Positions 57,105 to 64,000 of a stretch of 64,000 bases of DNA are shown here, piece by piece. Every line of letters starts with the position of its first letter. Position 1 is the stretch's first letter. The notes under the pieces are model-generated. The model saw nothing but the letters and a program-made list of their open reading frames with translations. It did no database searches and was not told where the DNA came from. The stretch is from contig OY762654.1 in NCBI GenBank assembly GCA_963666205.1, forward strand, positions 2,208,001-2,272,000, read 5' to 3'. The DNA is from Synergistales bacterium. GTDB taxonomy: Bacteria > Synergistota > Synergistia > Synergistales > JAFGMB01. Both the position numbers and the translations under genes were made by a program.

Positions 57105-57123
57105 TATACCTATATAGGGTATA
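57105..57123. promoter_or_regulatory. CsoR/CstR-type operator palindrome
   Basis: TATACC-TATATAG-GGTATA abutting the RBS of the small ORF. Confidence 0.55.
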
Positions 57124-57227
57124 ACAAAAATAGATAAAAATCAAGCTCTACAGATCTGCAGGATAAGGGGAGACAAGGGTAATCTTTTACGGGAGGTTAA
57201 AAATCTTTTTATAAGGGGCAGGTCAGG

Positions 57228-58010
57228 ATGGGGTCCTTTAAGCTTAATGTACTTGTAGAAATAGTGAGGAAGGCTTCTTTGATCATAACTGAACAGGGGG
57301 ACAGGTCCATAGCTAGAAGCAGGTCAAGTTCGGACTATACGACATTTACCGATTTAAAGGTAGAAAACTTTATTAAGGATAAACTTATCAAGCTTTCCCC
57401 GAAAAGCCTCATAATTGCGGAAGAATCATTTGACCCCGAAAGTGTTTGGGGTTGGGAAGATTCCGCTTTTGTCCTGGATCCGTTGGATGGGACGATAAAT
57501 TTTCATCATAACTGTAATTCATCGGCTATCTCCCTTGCCTTTTTTGAGGACGGACTTCCGCTGTATTCGGTTATTCTGGATCCATTCAGGAATGAACTGT
57601 TTGCGGCGGAGAGAGGCTGCGGTGCTACAATGAACGGAAGTAAGATCAAGGTATCAGCAGTTTCTTCCTTGAGAGACGCCCTGGTCGGTTTTGGTACAAC
57701 TCCCTATGACAAGGTCAGAGGTCTGCAAATGATCAAGGTTGCAGGGATGGTTTATTCCCGCTGCCAGGACATAAGAAGATTGGGTGCCGCAGCACTTGAT
57801 CTGGCCTATGTTGCATGTGGAAGGCTTGATTCCTTTTTCGAAATGGATCTTAAATCCTGGGATTTCTATGGAGGCCTGCTTCTTTTAACAGAAGCAGGGG
57901 GTAAGGTCTCTGACTGGAATGGGGAAAATATTGAGGGACTCGGTAAAAGAGATATTCTTGCAACCAACGGTTTGCTTCATGCGGAAATGCTGGATAGGAT
58001 ACAGATGTGA
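57228..58010 (+). CDS. inositol monophosphatase family (SuhB-like)
   Basis: AEE, LDPLDGTINF, RRLGAAALDLAYVACGR, WD and EAGG. Confidence 0.92.
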   Translation: MGSFKLNVLVEIVRKASLIITEQGDRSIARSRSSSDYTTFTDLKVENFIKDKLIKLSPKSLIIAEESFDPESVWGWEDSAFVLDPLDGTINFHHNCNSSAISLAFFEDGLPLYSVILDPFRNELFAAERGCGATMNGSKIKVSAVSSLRDALVGFGTTPYDKVRGLQMIKVAGMVYSRCQDIRRLGAAALDLAYVACGRLDSFFEMDLKSWDFYGGLLLLTEAGGKVSDWNGENIEGLGKRDILATNGLLHAEMLDRIQM

Positions 58011-58086
58011 ATAGTTCCTCCCTACTGTACTTGAAAGGAGATTTCAAGCTATAATACCCTCTATCCAGATCAAGGAGGAAGATAAG

Positions 58087-58566
58087 ATGGCTGAAAATAA
58101 GACAAATCCGGTAGCAACCTTTAATACAAACATGGGTAGTTTTGAAATAGAGCTTTTTGGGGACAAGGCTCCGGCTACTGTCGAAAATTTTGTTGAGCTT
58201 GCAGAGAAAGGTTTTTACAACGGACTCATCTTTCATCGGGTGATCGATGGTTTCATGATCCAGGGTGGATGTCCCCTGGGCAAAGGAACTGGCGGTCCGG
58301 GATACAAGATCAAGGATGAATTCCATCCCGACTTGAAACATGATTCGGAGGGTATCCTTTCCATGGCTAATGCAGGTCCTGATACGGGAGGATCCCAGTT
58401 TTTCATTACACTGGCTGAAACAGCCTGGCTGGACAATCACCATGCTGTTTTCGGCAAGGTCAGTAGCGGGATCGAAGTTGTACGGTCCATCGGCAGTGTT
58501 AAGACCGGTTATGCTGATAAACCTGTTGAAGATGTTGTGATAAGGGAGATCGTAGTGTCAAAATAA
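58087..58566 (+). CDS. ppiB: cyclophilin-type peptidyl-prolyl isomerase
   Basis: [33 protein letters not shown] and HAVFG. Confidence 0.95.
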   Translation: MAENKTNPVATFNTNMGSFEIELFGDKAPATVENFVELAEKGFYNGLIFHRVIDGFMIQGGCPLGKGTGGPGYKIKDEFHPDLKHDSEGILSMANAGPDTGGSQFFITLAETAWLDNHHAVFGKVSSGIEVVRSIGSVKTGYADKPVEDVVIREIVVSK

Positions 58567-58602
58567 GCATTAAATGGTTGGTTTTGTGACCTCTATCTGA
58601 TT

Positions 58603-58653
58603 ATAAAGACCCGGCTTCCGGTAAAATAAATTTCCCGGAAGCCGGGTCTTTAT
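58603..58653 (+). terminator. intrinsic terminator, 19-bp stem
   Basis: ATAAAGACCCGGCTTCCGG...CCGGAAGCCGGGTCTTTAT. Confidence 0.75.
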
Positions 58654-58792
58654 CTTTATGAACCAGGTTCGGCATTTCAATGCTATAATAAAATTACGAT
58701 TATTGTAGATTAAATTTAATTTAGTTCCTGAAAAATGTTTTGAGTAAAGCTTTTCCATCACAGGGGTGTTGGTTCTATTGGAGAGAGAGAAG

Positions 58793-60712
58793 ATGGATAT
58801 TACGGGTATTCAGATCGAAAATCTGAAATTAACGGACCTGATAGATCTTGAAGAGCTTCAGAAGCTTCAGGATTGTTTTGCTTTGAGCAACAATATTGCA
58901 TCCATAATCCTTGATCCTGAGGGCAAACCAATAACCAGGAGCAGTAATTTTTCCGAATTCTGTCGAATTGTCAGATCCTCATCCAGAGGAAGCGGAAATT
59001 GTAAAAAAGTGGAACAAACCCTTTCCCGTACTCAGGAGAATAATATTCCCTCTGTGATTAACTGCGATACTTTTCCTGCCATTATGGAAGGTGTCGTTCC
59101 CGTAATTGTCAAGGGTCACCATCTGGCCAGCTGGAATATCGGTCAGGTTGTTGATTCTGATATGGATGCTGGTGAAATATCGGATAAGGCAGGTTTCCTG
59201 TGCCTTGATGAGGAAGAACTTGTTTCAGCTTTTGGCAAATTAAGGAGAATGTCCCGTTCCGAGTTTGAAAGAACACTCAAGTTTCTGGAACTTCTCACCC
59301 TCCAGGTTTCCCTTCTTGCCGTCCAGAACCTTGAACAGAAGCAGCTTATCCTTGAAAGAGATAGAGCAGAAGATGCTCTGAAAAAGATACGACAGAGACT
59401 GGAGCTTGCCCTTAATAGTGCAGATCTGGCCATGTGGGACTGGAATATCAAGTCTGGAGAATTGCTGTTTAATGATCGTTGGGCTGAAATGATCGAATAC
59501 AGGCCAGAGGAGATACTACCTCATTTTGATTCCTGGCAGAAACTGGTACATCCTGAAGATGTGACAAGGGTAATGAGTTACCTTCGTTCTCATCTGAATC
59601 GGGATATCCCTTTTTTCCGGAGTGAGTACAGAATGAAGACCCGCCTTGGAAAATGGAAGTGGATCCTTGATTCTGGAAAAGTCGTAGAATGGGATGAAAA
59701 AGGGGAACCTCTTCGTGCCGTTGGTACCCATATGGATATTAGCCAACAGAAAAAAGCAGAGGGGAAACTGAACCAGAACTCTGAAGAACAGAATATCCTC
59801 CTTGATAATATTGACATACAGATCTGGTATATGAAAGACGCAGAACATTATGGCAGGGTCAATCAGGCACATGCAGACTTCCTTGGCATGGATAAAATGG
59901 AGATACAGGGTCGAAGTCTTTCCGAGATAGAAGGGAGAGACCGTTCCATCAGTGAAATCGAATCCAATAACAGGGTTATCAGGAAAAAGAGAACTGCAAA
60001 ATTTGAAGAATGGAGAAAGAACAGTTCCGGAGAGGACAGGCTTCTTTCAATTACAAGAACCCCTAAGCTGGACGAAGATGGAAACGTAGAGTATATAATC
60101 TGTACTGCCACTGATATTACGGAAAGAAGAGAATATGAGCGCAAACTGGCCTACATGGCAGTTCACGATCCTTTGACCGGATGCTATAACAGGCATTCCC
60201 TCGATCAACTTCTCAAGAAAGAAGCAGGCAGATCCAAACGCTATAAACATCCCATAGAACTGCTGATGATAGATATAAACCGGTTTAAGGAAATAAATGA
60301 CCGTTTCGGGCATCAGACAGGGGATAAAGTGCTTCAGGAAGTGGCGACCATACTGCAGAAGCAGGTCAGGGAATGTGATCTTGTCGTAAGGTATGGAGGA
60401 GATGAATTCCTTATCCTCCTGCCGGAAACGAGCGGACAGACCCAGACACTGAAAGAACGGATTATAAAAGCGGTGCATGACTGGAACAATCAGAATAATA
60501 TATTGACATTCCCTCTCAGCCTGTCCATAGGGTGTGCACACTGGGATCCAGAAAGTCCCCAGTCTATTGAGGATGTTCTTGCAGAAGCAGACAGAATGAT
60601 GTACGAGGAAAAGCGAAGGGAAAAACAGGGAGAAAGTCCTTTCATCAGGCTTGTTGACGATTCTGAAAAGATGGGAACCTACCGAAGGATAATACCTCCA
60701 TCCTCAAACTGA
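58793..60712 (+). CDS. cytoplasmic diguanylate cyclase: PocR sensor + 2 PAS/PAC + GGDEF
   Basis: PocR (LQ.LQD.F, SNFSEFC, GQV), PAS (WDWNI, VHPED), HDPLTG, I-site RECD and YGGDEF. Confidence 0.9.
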   Translation: MDITGIQIENLKLTDLIDLEELQKLQDCFALSNNIASIILDPEGKPITRSSNFSEFCRIVRSSSRGSGNCKKVEQTLSRTQENNIPSVINCDTFPAIMEGVVPVIVKGHHLASWNIGQVVDSDMDAGEISDKAGFLCLDEEELVSAFGKLRRMSRSEFERTLKFLELLTLQVSLLAVQNLEQKQLILERDRAEDALKKIRQRLELALNSADLAMWDWNIKSGELLFNDRWAEMIEYRPEEILPHFDSWQKLVHPEDVTRVMSYLRSHLNRDIPFFRSEYRMKTRLGKWKWILDSGKVVEWDEKGEPLRAVGTHMDISQQKKAEGKLNQNSEEQNILLDNIDIQIWYMKDAEHYGRVNQAHADFLGMDKMEIQGRSLSEIEGRDRSISEIESNNRVIRKKRTAKFEEWRKNSSGEDRLLSITRTPKLDEDGNVEYIICTATDITERREYERKLAYMAVHDPLTGCYNRHSLDQLLKKEAGRSKRYKHPIELLMIDINRFKEINDRFGHQTGDKVLQEVATILQKQVRECDLVVRYGGDEFLILLPETSGQTQTLKERIIKAVHDWNNQNNILTFPLSLSIGCAHWDPESPQSIEDVLAEADRMMYEEKRREKQGESPFIRLVDDSEKMGTYRRIIPPSSN

Positions 60713-60758
60713 AGAAAAAGCCTGGTGGACTCTGGTCCACCTTTTCAATGATATATGT

Positions 60759-62369
60759 CTAAGTAGAAGTTTCTTCTATTTCACCTATCATTTCCTCGAA
60801 TCCGAAAATGGTTCCATCAATATTATCGATTGTCATATCAAGAGCCCTTAATCCCTTGAATTCATATCCATCAGGAAGCCTGTTCGCATACCTTTTAACC
60901 TTGAGCAGGGCCTGGAGATAATTTCTTTCCTGGTAAGAGATTATGTCTGTTGCGAAGAGGGCGTCGGGGTGTTCTTCCAGAAAGAAAAGATTGGCCATTT
61001 CAAGATTTTCTTCAACATCCATTTCCTCATACCATATATCTGCAAGGATGGTTCTGAAACGGGCCCTGTCCTCTGCTGACACGAGCTGTCTTACAGCCCT
61101 ATCGATGGTTTTCAGGTTTTCTCTCAATTCACCGCTTATTAAATGAGGATTGAGCATTGGTAGCGAAAAGAGGGAAATATAATGAGCCTCTTCTTCTATA
61201 GAAACTTCTCTTCGAAGAAGTTTTCCGTAGGCTGGTCTAAGGGTGACCGAGGCATCTTCAGGTTCTGATCGTACAAGCTCTCTGAACACCCATCCTGTAT
61301 TGAAGCGCCTGTGTTCGAAAGGTGAATCTATGAGCCAGGTTACGTAGCCTGTATCAAAAAGTCCCTTTCGTCCTGCTCTGCCGGCCATCTGGAGAAATTC
61401 GTTCTTTGATATCGGTTTTTCGTCATGATACATTACAAGCTGGGCAAAAACAGCATACTCAGCAGGCAGGTTTACCCCAAGGGCCAATGCATTTGTCCCT
61501 ACCACCACATCAAGTATCCTTTCCCTGAAGGCAGATTCAACAAGAAGCTTCTCCTTGGGAAGCATTCCGCCATGATATATTCCAATTCCTCTAAGAAGGG
61601 GGGGCATAACTTTGGGTACATCAAGTATTCTGGCAATTTCATAAAGGCGTTTCCTTTTTTCAATTCTGACCCTTTTCCTGTATTTCGAGAGTCTTGTTGC
61701 AAGCTTTGATGCCCCTTTCTGGGAAAACAAAAAAACAAGAGCATCATGTATCCTGTCCAGTTTGAACCCTTTTTTAGTCTGAAAGACAAGTTCAGTAGCT
61801 CTTTCCCGGTTTTCATATACAGTGAAGTCTTCTCCAGTTATTCTTGAAAGATAGTTTCCGACCGAATGAGTTCCACCAAAGGTAGCGGACATAACCAGGA
61901 TCCTGGTTGCAGAGTGGGTATCCTTTATACCGTCAATATATGCCCTTGCCCTGTGGGGGTCTGTAAATATATAGTGAAATTCATCAACAACAAGTTTCTG
62001 ACCAGGCACAGATGCATATTTCAGGGTATATATTTCCTGAGTGCAGCAGAGAAGCGATGCGCCGGTATTCCTCTTGAAATCACCTGTTTCTATTCCCACG
62101 TTAAATCCCATTCTCCTGAGGTCAAGATATCGTTCATTGCTCAGGGCCTTTATTGGGGCAGTGAAGATAATCCGTTCACCGGGTGGTTCAAGTATCTCCC
62201 CTCTGGTGTTAAGGATCCCTGCCCAAAGGTAGGCTACCAGAGTTTTACCTGAACCTGTGGGAGAGGAAAGAACGGCATTTTTCCCCTTTACGTATGAAAA
62301 TGCCTTAAGCTGCCAGTCATAAAAATCGAATACCTTCATTTCCTCTATTTCCCCTCTGACCGGGGACAT
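60759..62369 (-). CDS. Ski2-like DExH-box helicase
   Basis: SPTGSGKT, APIKALSNERY, ETGD, DEFH, MSAT, YHGGMLP..K..VE, ALGVNLPA and QMAGRAGRKG. Confidence 0.9.
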   Translation of the reverse strand: MSPVRGEIEEMKVFDFYDWQLKAFSYVKGKNAVLSSPTGSGKTLVAYLWAGILNTRGEILEPPGERIIFTAPIKALSNERYLDLRRMGFNVGIETGDFKRNTGASLLCCTQEIYTLKYASVPGQKLVVDEFHYIFTDPHRARAYIDGIKDTHSATRILVMSATFGGTHSVGNYLSRITGEDFTVYENRERATELVFQTKKGFKLDRIHDALVFLFSQKGASKLATRLSKYRKRVRIEKRKRLYEIARILDVPKVMPPLLRGIGIYHGGMLPKEKLLVESAFRERILDVVVGTNALALGVNLPAEYAVFAQLVMYHDEKPISKNEFLQMAGRAGRKGLFDTGYVTWLIDSPFEHRRFNTGWVFRELVRSEPEDASVTLRPAYGKLLRREVSIEEEAHYISLFSLPMLNPHLISGELRENLKTIDRAVRQLVSAEDRARFRTILADIWYEEMDVEENLEMANLFFLEEHPDALFATDIISYQERNYLQALLKVKRYANRLPDGYEFKGLRALDMTIDNIDGTIFGFEEMIGEIEETST

Positions 62370-62485
62370 GTAAATCCCCCCGGCATGGACTGTTTTTATC
62401 AAGTGATGCCGAACTGAATTATTATTCTGATCCTGAAAGTGAGAAGGTAACTATATTCCATAAAAGCAAATTATTCCAGACCTTC

Positions 62486-63265
62486 TCAATTGATGGAGCA
62501 GGCCGTCATCTGAAGTGCCGGGTCCTCCATAGCTGAATAGAGGGGGCCTGCATATTCCATAGGGATTTCAGACCACAGCCGGCTAGATATCCGCGGGGGT
62601 TCCCTATCTTCAAAATGGGCAACAAGGGGGTTATCCCAAAGTCCCTTTTCGAGTATATTGTCAGCAAAAGAATCTCCATACACTATCCTGCCGATATTGA
62701 TGGCCGCATTTATGTCCCTGTCGATGATCTGGCCGGAGCTGCTAAGGTAGGATTTCCCCCTTAGATGTCCCGTGCGGGATTTTCTTCTCCATCTCTTGGT
62801 GCCGGAGTATTCTATCTCTTCCAGTGCAAGGGAGTCTATCTGACTGGTAAAAGCCTCGTCCACAAGATGAACTTCTATCCTTGCAAGGGAACATTCAAAG
62901 CGAAGGGTGTTTACAAGGTGGAGGGTAATGTTAAGGTATGGGTTATCTCTCAGGGATTTATACCTTATCTTGTAGGGGTTCTTTACAGAGCGATTCCCCA
63001 GGGCTATGGACCGGATCCCGAGGCGGAGACATTCACCTATGACATAGTGACATCTTTTTAGAAGATATGTATTTATTTCCAGGAGTTCTCCATGAATTAG
63101 ATAAGGATTTTTCTTAGCCATTGCCCGGATCTTTTTCATTTTGCCTTTTTCCAGGGTATTGGGTATCAGTATTGGTTGCTGTCCTGAAAGATTTGACACT
63201 ATTGCCAGAAGATATCTTTCACCCATATCAATGGCCATTGCATTACACTGGTTTGTTTTCTGCAT
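62486..63265 (-). CDS. TnpB-derived RuvC-domain-only protein (IS200/IS605 TnpB family, N-terminal lobe absent)
   Basis: AIDMG (RuvC-I), IALGN, VDEAFTSQ and IIDRDINAAINI (RuvC-III). RBS AAGGGGAGG precedes ATG 63265. Confidence 0.82.
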   Translation of the reverse strand: MQKTNQCNAMAIDMGERYLLAIVSNLSGQQPILIPNTLEKGKMKKIRAMAKKNPYLIHGELLEINTYLLKRCHYVIGECLRLGIRSIALGNRSVKNPYKIRYKSLRDNPYLNITLHLVNTLRFECSLARIEVHLVDEAFTSQIDSLALEEIEYSGTKRWRRKSRTGHLRGKSYLSSSGQIIDRDINAAINIGRIVYGDSFADNILEKGLWDNPLVAHFEDREPPRISSRLWSEIPMEYAGPLYSAMEDPALQMTACSIN

Positions 63266-63320
63266 TGATAATCCCTCCCCTTGATCCGTAATAAACAGTG
63301 CCTTGTGAAAGTCGCAAATC

Positions 63321-63361
63321 AAAAGAGGGCGACAATCTCTAAACAGACTGCCGCCCTCTTT
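63321..63361 (-). terminator. intrinsic terminator upstream of the TnpB-derived gene
   Basis: Minus strand AAAGAGGGCGGCAGTCT...AGATTGTCGCCCTCTTTT. Confidence 0.72.
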
Positions 63362-63425
63362 AAAAAACCTGGTTATTGTGTGTAAAGTGTTCCTTCCCGG
63401 ATATTATTTCATTTTTCATGATCAT
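63360..63425 (-). other. possible 21-aa leader peptide or sORF within a small transcript
   Basis: MIMKNEIISGKEHFTHNNQVF* after AAAGGAGTGG; the stop abuts the terminator. Confidence 0.4.
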
Positions 63426-63491
63426 TTACACTATCCACTCCTTTCTGGTTGTGAAGTGGAATGATACAAGCTCATTGTTGAACTTACTCTA

Positions 63492-63520
63492 AATATAGTG
63501 TTAAAAAAGGAAAGAGTCAA
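63492..63520 (-). promoter_or_regulatory. sigma70 promoter
   Basis: Minus strand TTGACT-N17-TATATT. Confidence 0.7.
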
Positions 63521-63870
63521 GGATGAACACACTAACTGTAACCTATTTGTTACTGATGGATTCACTGATATTGATGATATATATGGAAATAATAGATACT
63601 TATAGGGATAGTATAAATATGCTGGATTAGAATGTAAGACAGGTATGTGGAGAATCAGAAATGGAGATGAGAGTGGTGGATGCTCTTGATTCAACCCCCT
63701 GGTATAGTCATGTCCATGGGTATGTTTCTCGCTGCAACATCCGGTGTTTTTGTTACCATATCTGTAAGCCGGATGTTCTGCGTGAGAAAATTTATATGAT
63801 TGGATTTATTATTCCAGTAAAATGACCATATGAAATCCGGATCGTAATTTTCTGAGAAGAAGGTGCTTGA

Positions 63871-64000
63871 ATGAAATTATTAGAAACGATCAGGCAGGAA
63901 GCTGAATCTCTTCAGGATCAACTTATATCCTGGAGAAGGGATCTGCATCAGATACCCGAAGTTGAAATGGGAACTGTCAATACAGAGGATTATATTTGCA
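63871..64000 (+). CDS. M20 amidohydrolase, 3'-truncated by window edge
   Basis: MKLLETIRQEAESLQDQLISWRRDLHQIPE...; RBS AAGGTG. Confidence 0.8.
   Translation, partial: MKLLETIRQEAESLQDQLISWRRDLHQIPEVEMGTVNTEDYIC

Noticed and set aside
62486-63322. Active IS200/IS605 element or Cas12 locus
   Set aside because: No tnpA, no recognisable left end, no CRISPR array or cas genes, and the protein lacks the N-terminal lobe.
1-64000. CRISPR arrays, tRNA/rRNA genes, prophage or integron
   Set aside because: No regularly spaced repeats, cloverleaf or rRNA signatures, integrase or phage structural genes were seen by eye.

Overview
This is a gene-dense chromosomal window from an anaerobic, amino-acid-fermenting bacterium. 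The gene content suggests a Synergistota-like or clostridial organism, but that is inference only. No rRNA, tRNA, CRISPR array, prophage or complete IS element is visible. The window holds about 65 intact CDSs. They include a Pho-box-preceded alkaline phosphatase, a leaderless Zur-znuACB operon, a divergent GlyA-family enzyme and an IclR-controlled acid-sugar operon. There is also a GntR-flanked TRAP + opine dehydrogenase + M20 amidohydrolase locus, a yybP-ykoY riboswitch with mntP, a ynjBCDF/TVP38/desaturase/flavoprotein cluster, a Moco/Tuco RNA with tupABC, and an Rrf2/Fe-S/cupin module. Four decayed genes are present: ugd, a gdhA 3' remnant, abgT and hcp. Five candidates stand out. (1) A TnpB-derived RuvC-only protein has lost the RNA-binding lobe but kept its catalytic residues and has its own RBS; it sits behind a small terminated leader transcript and ahead of a Ski2-like helicase. 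(2) An unannotated 45-codon ORF has a C-x-x-UGA motif, a SECIS-like hairpin and a CsoR-type operator, making it a candidate micro-selenoprotein. (3) An ApgM-like mutase is coupled to a degenerate PP-loop CxxC protein next to a PHP phosphoesterase. (4) The ynj-type cluster may be a lipid-headgroup system. (5) A trehalose-phosphatase-like protein has lost its catalytic aspartates. All family calls come from motif recognition by eye; no database searches were run.
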